In this document: piece after piece, positions 19,673 to 29,933 of the stretch
Layout of the letters: every line of letters begins with the position of its first letter
Numbering within the stretch: the stretch's first letter is position 1
Origin: Candidatus Micrarchaeota archaeon
GTDB taxonomy: Archaea; Micrarchaeota; Micrarchaeia; Anstonellales; Bilamarchaeaceae
Reading direction: 5' to 3'
Assembly (NCBI GenBank): GCA_043827025.1
Contig: JBDRPL010000024.1
Coordinates: forward strand, 1 to 62,930
Length of the DNA stretch: 62,930 nucleotides
Translations under genes and position numbers: made by a program
Notes under the pieces: model-generated
Told to the model about the DNA's origin: nothing
The model's input: only the letters and a program-made list of their open reading frames with translations
Databases searched by the model: none

Positions 19673-20317
19673 TCATTTTTTCCCATAATCAGACATAAGT
19701 GAAAGAATTATATTGCCTTTTGACCCACTTCCAAAAAAATCAATAAAACCAACCACGCCAACACCATTCACGAAAGAATACTCATAGGACCTTGTTTCAC
19801 CATTAGAACAGGTCACCAGATTAGTATTTCGCAAGGCAGTAAAGCTTCCAATAGATGTAGAAATTTGCCAAAAGCCTAATGACATACCATTGGAGGCACA
19901 TGCAACTGATGCGTGAGTTCCCTGCCAAGACCAAGAATTAGACCCAAAATCAAATAGCAACAAAGGAGGATCATAAATTAAATTTAAACCAGATACCACT
20001 TCCTTTAATAAAAAAACCTTATTGTTTTTAATGGATAGGTAACTTAAATAACCGCCATTTTCCAAAACAAAATAATCTGTTCCGTTGATTTTCTCGATAC
20101 TCCTAACCCTAACAAGATACTGCCCAATAGAGCGATTTTCAAAAACAATCTTATCCTCTGCATTATCATAGGGTTTGAACTCGCCAAAACCAATTGCAGA
20201 AGTATAACTCCAGTAATTACCGACTTGTAGATTGTAATAGGATTGAGCAAAACTTTGGAAAGACATGGTCAAAAATACAAAAACAGAGGAAAAAAGCAAA
20301 GATTTGTTTAAATTCAT
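19673..20317 (-). CDS. secreted hypothetical protein (paralog B)
   Basis: YYNLQVGNYWSY; FDFGSNSW; TSIGSF; collinear with paralog A. Confidence 0.75.
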   Translation of the reverse strand: MNLNKSLLFSSVFVFLTMSFQSFAQSYYNLQVGNYWSYTSAIGFGEFKPYDNAEDKIVFENRSIGQYLVRVRSIEKINGTDYFVLENGGYLSYLSIKNNKVFLLKEVVSGLNLIYDPPLLLFDFGSNSWSWQGTHASVACASNGMSLGFWQISTSIGSFTALRNTNLVTCSNGETRSYEYSFVNGVGVVGFIDFFGSGSKGNIILSLMSDYGKK

Positions 20318-20368
20318 TAGTATGTAATATATAAAAGAATTATAAAATCATTTGCAGGTCTATCAAAT

Positions 20369-20752
20369 ATGGCAAGAATGGACAGAAAATGGCACACGGC
20401 AAGGCTAGCACCACTTAAGGAAAAGGCTGCAAAATTCTGGAACATCATTGGAAAACAACCGCTAACCGACAGGAATCCCCTTGTAAAAAACGGAAGATTT
20501 TGTGTAAGGGCATCAGACTGGCACGCATCTGCAGTTTGTATGCTCTGGGAAAATGATTTTGAAACAAAATTGTTTGCGCTTGAACAACTAGGAAGATTTG
20601 ATTTGGTTCTGGGTTATCCATCAAAATATTTTTTTGTTGAGGTAATTAAAGGCTGTTTTCACGAGAGTGAAACTGATGATGAACTAACAACTAAGATTAG
20701 GGCGGTTATCTCAGTAATGCAAAATATACTGGAAGGTTGCAATAAAGGTTAA
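20369..20752 (+). CDS. hypothetical protein
   Basis: 127-aa ORF, no motif. Confidence 0.5.
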   Translation: MARMDRKWHTARLAPLKEKAAKFWNIIGKQPLTDRNPLVKNGRFCVRASDWHASAVCMLWENDFETKLFALEQLGRFDLVLGYPSKYFFVEVIKGCFHESETDDELTTKIRAVISVMQNILEGCNKG

Positions 20753-20778
20753 AAACTGTTGTAATCAACAGAACCCAC

Positions 20779-21729
20779 ATGAATGAAGCTAAAATAACTG
20801 ATGGAATCACAGAACAGGAACAGATAAATCGCCTACTGAAAGACGTAGGAAATCCACTAAATAGAAAAATGCTTGTGGAACTTGCAAAGGTAAGCCCCAC
20901 ATCATTTGAAAATGTTCTAAGTGCAGCATTAGGGCCCCATAATTTCATATCAGAAGGAGAATCAGAGGCCACGAATGAACTGCTTATCGAATTGAACGAA
21001 CTTTTCGTCCAAACAAAAAAAACAGATCCTTCTTTTGATATCAAACCCTCTGTTCTTCTGAAAATAACATTCGTAATGGCCAAGAATCTCGTGGAAAATA
21101 GAGATAACAGTCGTTCAATGGATTATGATGGGAGAAATGCCAGAAGAACTAAAACGCTGAGTAAAACACTTATTGAAATTGCAAAAAAGCACACGCCATC
21201 CGTCACAAAAATCCTTTGCATGCTTTCAGTCTCAAATCCAGAAACTGCAGAGTTCCTTCTTAGTATTGCATTGGAGATCTACCACATGGAGGAAAGACAC
21301 CCTGATCTTGTTCCAAGGATACTTATGGAATGTTTAAACGAGGATTGTGGGGCGAAAATCCAAAACTGGAATGCATATCATAATGCGTTTTACAGAATGG
21401 GGAGAATGAATATGGAGGTCCTAGTCTCAGCATTACATGATTTTCATAAAGCAAATGACAATCAAGCAACACAAAGGATGATTGCTGGTATTTTGGATTA
21501 TCTCGCACATCCGACACGGTTTGGAAAGAGCACATATAGAAATATGGAACCACTGGCTAGAAGAGAGAGGACCAAATCTTTTGATACTACCTTCCAATCA
21601 TCTCCTTCAAAACCAAAAAATGGGCGAAATGGAATAAATGCGAATGGTACAGGACCTATTGCATATCATAGGCCCTCCGAAAGACAAGAAGTAAGGGCAA
21701 GGCTAAGACAGAGATATTGCTGTCGCTAA
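20779..21729 (+). CDS. hypothetical protein, helical with basic C-terminal tail
   Basis: 316-aa ORF, no motif. Confidence 0.65.
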   Translation: MNEAKITDGITEQEQINRLLKDVGNPLNRKMLVELAKVSPTSFENVLSAALGPHNFISEGESEATNELLIELNELFVQTKKTDPSFDIKPSVLLKITFVMAKNLVENRDNSRSMDYDGRNARRTKTLSKTLIEIAKKHTPSVTKILCMLSVSNPETAEFLLSIALEIYHMEERHPDLVPRILMECLNEDCGAKIQNWNAYHNAFYRMGRMNMEVLVSALHDFHKANDNQATQRMIAGILDYLAHPTRFGKSTYRNMEPLARRERTKSFDTTFQSSPSKPKNGRNGINANGTGPIAYHRPSERQEVRARLRQRYCCR

Positions 21730-21921
21730 TCATTTTATTCCTAATTTTAAAAAAATACTAATTTTAAAAAATAGAAAATCGACTTATGCCTTGGCCGATC
21801 ATATTGGCCAGGAGCGAACGAATTCGCTGCCTATTTAGATTAAGCTAATTACTACCAACGGATGTTATTATTTGTTGCAAACCTTGCTTGTACACTCGTC
21901 CCATAAAATTTTGTAAATTTA

Positions 21922-23458
<1,537 letters not shown>

Positions 23459-23651
23459 TGATCCTCTGTAAATACGAGTACTTTTCCAAACTTTATTTGA
23501 ATTCGCGGAAAAGCTTTCCGTTAGCTTAAATTTCGTTAGCTTAATTATCTTAAGGCATAAGTCAAATCTATCAGCAATAGATTTCCACGGTTGTGAAAAT
23601 TTACCGACCGAAATCGGTAGGAGATATTTATATCCTTTAGGTTTTTAAACC

Positions 23652-23761
23652 TATTGTTGATGTTTTAATTTTCGACGGAAAAAGATTTGCTAAAAAATCC
23701 CCATCAATTTAGGTTCACGTCGAATTCCAATATTTCAAAAACAGTGGAAACATCAACAATA
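23652..23761. repeat. 14-bp perfect inverted repeat
   Basis: TATTGTTGATGTTT 23652-65 / AAACATCAACAATA 23748-61. Confidence 0.75.
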
Positions 23762-23828
23762 ATCAACAATATAAGATATATATTATAAATATTTAAACCC
23801 TATCTTACAGAGTTTATCACTGATTTTC

Positions 23829-24323
23829 ATGAGCAAACATAAAAGAAGAGATACGAGAAGAGGTGTGAAAATTCCTAAACCTCCTAGAAAAAAGTTATTG
23901 GTAGGCGATCCAAGGACTGCACCTCCAACAGTAAAACAACAGATTGTTCCAAAACCAGTTAAGAGACAAGGGCCAAAGAAAGAAACAGAATCAAAAAGCG
24001 ATGAGGAATGGCAAAATATTGCAGCAGTTGCAATAAAAAGGAGATGGAATTTTCCCGAATTTACTGAAGCCACAAAGTTTCCTCCAGAACTTTTAGGCAC
24101 GCCAGACAACATTTATACTGCGCGAAGACAACATAACCTAGAAGTCTGGAGTTCAGATGGTACGAGCATAATCATGCTCAAGTCAATAAACCAAAACTCA
24201 TTGATAGTAAAATATCATAATCTGGTGCAAAATGCAAGAAACGAGTTATATAAACACATAAAAATTATTGAAAGTAGTGGAGGGAACATAGATAGGCAAT
24301 TTTTCAGTTGTATTGGGGAATGA
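23829..24323 (+). CDS. hypothetical protein with basic N-terminus (possibly frameshifted into next ORF)
   Basis: 164-aa ORF overlapping 24308..24532 in the -1 frame. Confidence 0.5.
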   Translation: MSKHKRRDTRRGVKIPKPPRKKLLVGDPRTAPPTVKQQIVPKPVKRQGPKKETESKSDEEWQNIAAVAIKRRWNFPEFTEATKFPPELLGTPDNIYTARRQHNLEVWSSDGTSIIMLKSINQNSLIVKYHNLVQNARNELYKHIKIIESSGGNIDRQFFSCIGE

Positions 24324-24532
24324 CTTGTGGCATAATTAGTGCAACCCTACTCGCAGTCTCATTCTTGGAGTTACATCTAGGGATAGTGTTTGGAATTGGG
24401 AGCGCAGTGGCCTTGGTTTCCGGAGCATTGATAAATTATGGCCTAAAAGGAGAGCACCGGGAAGCAATAAAAAAAGAAACAGATGAATTAACGCGTGAGA
24501 TGAAGGAATTGGCTGGACAAACAGATATTTAA
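24308..24532 (+). CDS. small 2-TM protein or C-terminal fragment of the upstream ORF
   Basis: Two hydrophobic segments plus charged tail; TTG start. Confidence 0.4.
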   Translation: MYWGMTCGIISATLLAVSFLELHLGIVFGIGSAVALVSGALINYGLKGEHREAIKKETDELTREMKELAGQTDI

Positions 24533-24705
24533 CTATATATTAACGCATTCAAGAAAGACTCGAAGATAAGGAACTTCGACCAAATAGAAAAAAACAGGAC
24601 TGTTGAATTTAACGAACAGTAAGGAATATATAAAAACCTTTCGAAATACAATAGATTCTCTCTTCTTAGTTAAACAAAACCTATGAGAAGAAATTCGAGG
24701 TGTAT

Positions 24706-25074
24706 ATGATGGGATACGTAGATTATGAAACTCCAAAGGATTTGGTGCCACAGATGTTGGAAATGCTGTCAAATGCAAAAGATAGCGGAAAGGTAAAGAA
24801 AGGCGTGAATGAAACTACGAAGTCTATAGAAAGAAAGACTGCTCAGTTCGTGATAATCGCAGAAGATGTCACACCTGAAGAAATAGTTGTCCATATACCT
24901 ATGCTTTGCAAGGAAAAAGGCATTCCATATGCATTCGTACCAACAAAGAAGGAATTGGGCGGAGCAATAGGAATTGAAGTCGGAACATCTGCAATCGCAG
25001 TTGAAAATGCAGGTTCAGCAACAGAGACATTGCAGGATATAGTGAAGAAACTACCGAAACAAAAGGCTGAGTGA
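24706..25074 (+). CDS. rpl7ae: 50S ribosomal protein L7Ae (eL8)
   Basis: [32 protein letters not shown]. Confidence 0.97.
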   Translation: MMGYVDYETPKDLVPQMLEMLSNAKDSGKVKKGVNETTKSIERKTAQFVIIAEDVTPEEIVVHIPMLCKEKGIPYAFVPTKKELGGAIGIEVGTSAIAVENAGSATETLQDIVKKLPKQKAE

Positions 25075-25075
25075 T

Positions 25076-25291
25076 ATGGCATTAACAAAGGATGGAGTTC
25101 CTGCCGAAGTCATGGAAATAAGGACCAAGACAGGTGTATACGGAGAGATTTACCAGGTACTCTGCAAGATACTCGAAGGAGTGGACGCAGGCCGAGTCAT
25201 TCTCAGGAACGTAAAGGGCCCTGTCAAAGTCGGAATGATTATAATGCTGCTCGATCCAGAAATCGAAGCCAAAGAAATAAGGTCCAAGTGA
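25076..25291 (+). CDS. rps28e: 30S ribosomal protein S28e
   Basis: PAEV; TGVYGE; RNVKGPV. Confidence 0.95.
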   Translation: MALTKDGVPAEVMEIRTKTGVYGEIYQVLCKILEGVDAGRVILRNVKGPVKVGMIIMLLDPEIEAKEIRSK

Positions 25292-25295
25292 TACC

Positions 25296-25493
25296 ATGGA
25301 ATGCACATTTTGTTCTGAAGATCTTCCTCGCGGAACTGGCTTGATATTCTCTAAGAAAGATGGTACACTTTCATACTACTGCTCAAGCAAATGCAAGAAG
25401 AACCACATCTCCCTTAAAAGGGAAGGCAGAAGGAAGAAGTGGACAAAAAGCTTCAGAGTTTTTACAGGCAGGGAACAGGCAGCCAAGAAATAA
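25296..25493 (+). CDS. rpl24e: 50S ribosomal protein L24e
   Basis: CTFC; GTG; CSSKC; KWT. Confidence 0.95.
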   Translation: MECTFCSEDLPRGTGLIFSKKDGTLSYYCSSKCKKNHISLKREGRRKKWTKSFRVFTGREQAAKK

Positions 25494-25656
25494 TTTTTTC
25501 TACTTTTATTATTATATTTTTCTTCATTTTAACCTCGCAGAAAGCAAAGGATTCCTTTTTAAACATTCCTCTTAATAATGTAATGACTTAATCGATAGTT
25601 TCTCGACGTTTAAACATCCGTTTATGTGTCAGAAGCGAGCCGAACGAGGGAATTTT

Positions 25657-26007
25657 ATGGCGTTAAAGGACAAAGGAAATGAAACACTTGTTTTATTGAT
25701 AAACAAGCTGAGGATGGATAAAAAACCATTCTGGAAGAAAGTGGCAAAGGAATTGGACAAGCCCAGGAGATCCAAAATAGAAGTAAATGTACGGAAGCTT
25801 GAGATATACGGAGACGAAAAAACAACGCTCCTTGTCCCTGGAAAAGTACTCGGAGCAGGCAACATGTCAAAGAAACTGACTGTGGCAGCATTCTCATTCA
25901 GCGAATCCGCAAGGAAACTGATTTCTGATGCAGGTGGAAAGGCAATTTCGCTAAGCGAATTGTACTCGAAGAATCCTGAAGCAAAGGATGTCCTTATTTT
26001 AAAGTGA
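25657..26007 (+). CDS. rpl18e: 50S ribosomal protein L18e
   Basis: WKKVAKEL.KPRR; VPGKVLGAG; VAAFSFS. Confidence 0.95.
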   Translation: MALKDKGNETLVLLINKLRMDKKPFWKKVAKELDKPRRSKIEVNVRKLEIYGDEKTTLLVPGKVLGAGNMSKKLTVAAFSFSESARKLISDAGGKAISLSELYSKNPEAKDVLILK

Positions 26008-26011
26008 GGTT

Positions 26012-26434
26012 ATGAACATGACAGTCATAGATGGCACTGATTTGGTTCTTGGAAGACTTGCAAGCAATGTTGCAAAAAGATTGATGAATGGAGAGCAGGT
26101 AGAGCTAATAAATGCTGACGGCATAAGAAGGATAGGTTCAACTGCAGGCATAGTCCAGCATTACAGGCAAAAGAGAGCCCTGCAAAACAAGGGAACTCCT
26201 GAAAAGTCACCTCATTACTCCAGGGTTCCAAACCTTTTTGTTAAAAGAGTAATAAGAGGCATGGTCCCATGGAAGGAAGCCAGAGGCAAGAAAGCAATGA
26301 AATTCCTCAGAGTATATGCTGGAAATCCGAAGAACCTGGCAAATGCCATTACATTTAAGGAATTCGTAGCGGATGAAACCCAGAAATCCATAACTGTGAA
26401 GGAAATATGCAGATTATTGGGATACAATAAATAG
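26012..26434 (+). CDS. rpl13: 50S ribosomal protein L13 (uL13)
   Basis: IDG...VLGRLAS.VAK; KRVIRGMVP. Confidence 0.95.
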   Translation: MNMTVIDGTDLVLGRLASNVAKRLMNGEQVELINADGIRRIGSTAGIVQHYRQKRALQNKGTPEKSPHYSRVPNLFVKRVIRGMVPWKEARGKKAMKFLRVYAGNPKNLANAITFKEFVADETQKSITVKEICRLLGYNK

Positions 26435-26445
26435 ATGTGATGTTT

Positions 26446-26928
26446 ATGACAACTGAAAAGAAAGCTGAAAAACCAAAAGAAGAAAAGCCTAAGAGGGGAA
26501 GGAAAGCAAAGAAACCAAAGAAAAAGGCAGAAAAAGTATTTGTTGCAAAGGGAAAAAGGAAATCAAGCATTGCAAGGGCAACGATAACTAAAGGAAATGG
26601 AGTGGTCCGCATCAATGGCCTGAATCTCAATGCGTTGAACAACAAGTATGTACGGGAAATAATTCGAGAGCCTTTGACGTATCTCGGGCCAGAAGTGAAT
26701 GATGTTAACATTTCTATAAATGTCCATGGTGGCGGAGTACTTGGCCAAGCACAAGCCTCAAGAACGGCAATATCAAACGCCTTGATCGCATACTTCGAAA
26801 CTGCAAACCTTAAAGAAAAGTTCGGGGACATAGATAGATCATTGATAGTTTCTGATTCAAGAAGAGTTGAATCAAAGAAATACAGGGGTCCAAAATCAAG
26901 GGCACGATACCAAAAGTCATACAGGTGA
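26446..26928 (+). CDS. rps9: 30S ribosomal protein S9 (uS9)
   Basis: GKRKSSIARA; GGGVLGQA; RARYQKSYR. Confidence 0.97.
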   Translation: MTTEKKAEKPKEEKPKRGRKAKKPKKKAEKVFVAKGKRKSSIARATITKGNGVVRINGLNLNALNNKYVREIIREPLTYLGPEVNDVNISINVHGGGVLGQAQASRTAISNALIAYFETANLKEKFGDIDRSLIVSDSRRVESKKYRGPKSRARYQKSYR

Positions 26929-26937
26929 TTTATACCT

Positions 26938-27132
26938 ATGGAATTTCCAGTAAGATGTTTTACGTGTGGTGGTCTTGTCGGCCATCTCTATGAAAAATAC
27001 AAAGAACTCCTGAAAAGCAAAGGCGAGGGTGAGGCGCTTGATGAATTGGGCGTCGAACGCTATTGCTGCAGAAGGATGTTCATAGCACATGTGGATATGA
27101 TAGGCGAGGTATCCAAATACCCCAGAAGATAA
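26938..27132 (+). CDS. rpoN: DNA-directed RNA polymerase subunit N (Rpo10)
   Basis: PVRCFTCG; RYCCRRM. Confidence 0.97.
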   Translation: MEFPVRCFTCGGLVGHLYEKYKELLKSKGEGEALDELGVERYCCRRMFIAHVDMIGEVSKYPRR

Positions 27133-27157
27133 TTGGTATTTCCAATTATTTTTTTTC

Positions 27158-27314
27158 GGGGCCGTGAGGTAAAGCCTTGGATTGCTTTGCAAGACTTGGC
27201 GCACAACCTGGTCATCCTGCATGCTTGGGGTGTATGCTATTCGTGTTCAATAAACTTCTTTTAAAAAAGAAGTTTAATCAAGAAAAGAAGTTTGAATATA
27301 TCACGACGGCCCCA
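27158..27314 (+). tRNA. tRNA-Pro(GGG) with two non-canonical introns (~27173-27206 D-loop; 27251-27299 T-loop)
   Basis: Acceptor GGGGCCG/CGGCCCC-A; anticodon arm CATGC-TTGGGGT-GTATG; T arm TCGTG-TTCAAAT-CACGA after splicing; usual archaeal position after rpoN. Confidence 0.85.
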
Positions 27315-27357
27315 TTTTGCTTCAAAATGGGGAAGAAGTGAACGAACAGATGTGAAT

Positions 27358-27371
27358 TCACGACGGCCCCA
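27358..27371 (+). repeat. direct repeat of tRNA-Pro 3' end
   Basis: TCACGACGGCCCCA at 27301-14 and 27358-71. Confidence 0.9.
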
Positions 27372-27437
27372 AATCATAATAATAAACTACACGGAAAATT
27401 GGGCGTAAGCCACAGACAAGAAACTACAGGTGAAAAT

Positions 27438-28049
27438 ATGTCGGAAAAGAATTTGTTGATAAAACAGGAGTTTTATTTGGAATCAGGTATCCATATAGGT
27501 ACCAAGATAAAGACCCAGGATATGAGGTCATATGTCTTCAAAAGAAGGGATGATGGGCTTTTTATCATAGACCTAAGGAAGACGGATGAAAGAATATTGC
27601 ATGCAGCAAAACTGATAGCCAAATACAAGCCGGAAGACGTGCTTGTGGTTGCATCACGTACCTATTCGGGTATACCTGCAGCAAAATTCTCTGCATTGAC
27701 TGGCGTCCCAGTATTAAAGGGAAGATTTGTTCCAGGAAACATGACTAACCTTACACACGCAAAATTCCAAGAACCTAAATTATTGTTAGTATGCGACCCT
27801 AAGGGTGAAAGGCAGGCAATAATAGAAGGTGCAAAGAACGGCGTTCCTATAATTGCATTGTGCGACACAGACAACGAAACAAAATTCATTGATTTGGTTG
27901 TGCCCGCAAACAACAAGGGTAAGAAAGCACTTGCATTGTTCTTCTACATAATAACCAGGGAGATCCTGATGTCCCAGGGGAAGATTTCATCATATGATGA
28001 ATTCAAGTATGACACTTTCTATTTCGAAAAGGCAGAAGGGGACCAATAA
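27438..28049 (+). CDS. rps2: 30S ribosomal protein S2 (uS2)
   Basis: GIHIGTK; GRFVPG; ALCDTDN; PANNKG. Confidence 0.97.
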   Translation: MSEKNLLIKQEFYLESGIHIGTKIKTQDMRSYVFKRRDDGLFIIDLRKTDERILHAAKLIAKYKPEDVLVVASRTYSGIPAAKFSALTGVPVLKGRFVPGNMTNLTHAKFQEPKLLLVCDPKGERQAIIEGAKNGVPIIALCDTDNETKFIDLVVPANNKGKKALALFFYIITREILMSQGKISSYDEFKYDTFYFEKAEGDQ

Positions 28050-28061
28050 ACAGGTGGAAAC

Positions 28062-28520
28062 ATGGAAAGAACATTATTGCTTTTAAAGCCAGATGCAATC
28101 CAACGCGGACTAATCGGAGAAATAGTTTCAAGGTTTGAAACAAAGGGCATGAAAATAGTGGGTTTGAAGATGCTGCAGATGACTCCACAGCTTGCAAAGG
28201 AGCATTACGCACACCTAGTATCAAAGCCATTCTACCCTGACCTAGAAAAGTTTATGACTGAAAATCCGATTGTTGCAGTCTGCGTGGAAGGAAAGATGGC
28301 TGTTGATGTTGTTCGCAACATTGTCGGCCCAACAGATGCAAAGAAAGCGCCTGCAGGAACAGTTAGAGGCGACCTTTCGAACTCAACTTCCAGAAACGTA
28401 ATCCATGCATCCGATTCATTAGAAACAGCAAAGAAGGAAGTCCCGAGATTCTTCAAGGACAACGAATTGTTTGGATACAAGTCAGTTCTTGAGTACTACT
28501 TGTTTGCGAAGGATGAATAA
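28062..28520 (+). CDS. ndk: nucleoside diphosphate kinase
   Basis: ERTL...KPDAIQRGL; GTVRGD; NVIHASDS. Confidence 0.97.
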   Translation: MERTLLLLKPDAIQRGLIGEIVSRFETKGMKIVGLKMLQMTPQLAKEHYAHLVSKPFYPDLEKFMTENPIVAVCVEGKMAVDVVRNIVGPTDAKKAPAGTVRGDLSNSTSRNVIHASDSLETAKKEVPRFFKDNELFGYKSVLEYYLFAKDE

Positions 28521-28561
28521 ACAAATCAACAAACAAACCTTTCTATTTTTATTTCTCTGAC

Positions 28562-28703
28562 GAGCCAGTGGGAAAAATACGTGGAAGCCATTATCGGGTC
28601 GCTTTTATATGGGAGTTAGAAAAGACTCTGTCTTCGGTTCTGTGTTCCCGGTTTCAGGACTCGGAATTCAAAACTGGAAACAGCTATTGCTCCCTGTTGG
28701 CTT
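28562..28703 (+). ncRNA. candidate structured ncRNA, unassigned
   Basis: Closing stem plus three internal hairpins found by hand; no ORF; strand inferred from G-U compatibility. Confidence 0.45.
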
Positions 28704-28715
28704 AATTTACTGATC

Positions 28716-29924
28716 CTACTTAGACAAATCTAGACAGATTTTTAATTTTTCCATAGCTTCATCAGTTTCTTTTTCACTTACGATGTATGGAGGAATTACC
28801 CTTACTGATTTCGAACCAGCTGGAAGCAAAATAACTCCACGTTTCATCAAGTTTTTTAGAACTTCTCCTCTGACTTTTCCACTAGGCAAATCAAAACCAT
28901 TCATTAAACCAAAGCCCCTAACATTTTCTAATCCTAGTTCACTAAGTCTTTGTCTTAAATATTCACCTTGTTTTGTAATATTAGCTAATAGATGATCTTT
29001 CTTAATAGTTTGAAGAATTGCTCTCCCTGTTATTAGATCAACAATCTGTCCACCTCCCCAGGTGGATGAAATTGCTCCTTCTTCTTGAGGGAATGCTTCC
29101 TTTCTCGATACTGTTGCACCAACTTGCAATGCTTTTGCACAAGTCATAACATCAGGAGTAATACCAAAGTTTTGATATGCCCACCATTTACCAGTCCTAC
29201 CCATCCCAGCTTGAACTTCGTCCAAAATTAAAGGAATGCCATGTTCTTTTGTAAATTTCCTTAAACTTTGAATTAGTTCTTTTGGAGCAACTCTATAACC
29301 CCCTTCTCCTTGGATTGCCTCAATTATGATAAAACCAATCTCATCCGCAGAGACATCTTGAGCTAAGATTCTTTCCAATTTTTCAATTGCATCAACAGAA
29401 AATGGCAACCTTCTCATAGAAACTGTAAAAAGATTCTTTTTATGAACAATGTTTGAATTTGATGCGGATAAAGCTCCCAGAGTTCTTCCATGGAATGCCC
29501 CTTCAAAGGATATTCCGCATTTAGCTGAGCATCTGTTCATCAAAATGATCTTCATTGCATTTTCAACTGCTTCTGCTCCTGAATTAACAAAAAATGCAGC
29601 ATTTAATTCTTTTGGAGTTATTTCCAAAAGTTCTTCCAATAGATCCAAATGTTCTTTTACTGGGAAATCTGGAATTGCATATTTTAATGGAGATCTTCCA
29701 ATATACTCTTTAATGATTTCTTTTAGGCCAGGATGATTATACCCTAATGGAACAGTTGCAACCTGACAGCCAAAATCCAAGAACTTATTCCCATCTAGAT
29801 CTTCAAAATAACATCCTTCTCCTTTTCCAGATAATACCATTGGAAAAGGTGCTGTTACATCGCCATTCAATCTCTTTAGTTTTTCTAAAACTTCTTTTGA
29901 TTTTACACCTGGTAAATTATACAT
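28716..29924 (-). CDS. class III PLP aminotransferase (ornithine/lysine omega- or GABA-aminotransferase-like)
   Basis: NSGAEAVENAMK; AFHGRT; IQGEGG; DEVQAGMGRTG; SSTWGG. Confidence 0.9.
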   Translation of the reverse strand: MYNLPGVKSKEVLEKLKRLNGDVTAPFPMVLSGKGEGCYFEDLDGNKFLDFGCQVATVPLGYNHPGLKEIIKEYIGRSPLKYAIPDFPVKEHLDLLEELLEITPKELNAAFFVNSGAEAVENAMKIILMNRCSAKCGISFEGAFHGRTLGALSASNSNIVHKKNLFTVSMRRLPFSVDAIEKLERILAQDVSADEIGFIIIEAIQGEGGYRVAPKELIQSLRKFTKEHGIPLILDEVQAGMGRTGKWWAYQNFGITPDVMTCAKALQVGATVSRKEAFPQEEGAISSTWGGGQIVDLITGRAILQTIKKDHLLANITKQGEYLRQRLSELGLENVRGFGLMNGFDLPSGKVRGEVLKNLMKRGVILLPAGSKSVRVIPPYIVSEKETDEAMEKLKICLDLSK

Positions 29925-29933
29925 TCATTTCAC

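Noticed and set aside
21741..21773. Tandem CTAATTTTAAAAAA(A)TA repeat
   Set aside because: Short low-complexity AT repeat between convergent transcripts, probably terminator-related.
24640..24705. K-turn in the L7Ae leader
   Set aside because: Could not identify tandem G-A pairs with flanking stems by hand.
27222..27232. Reading the tRNA anticodon as TGG
   Set aside because: The CATGC/GTATG stem register places GGG at positions 34-36.
28640..28670. TTCA in a hairpin loop suggesting tRNA-Sec or a suppressor tRNA
   Set aside because: No proper 7-nt anticodon loop and no T-arm or D-arm consensus.
28562..28703. Calling this structure 5S rRNA or SRP RNA
   Set aside because: No CCGAAC loop C of 5S and no CAGG..GNRA..AGCA helix 8 of SRP on either strand; left unassigned.
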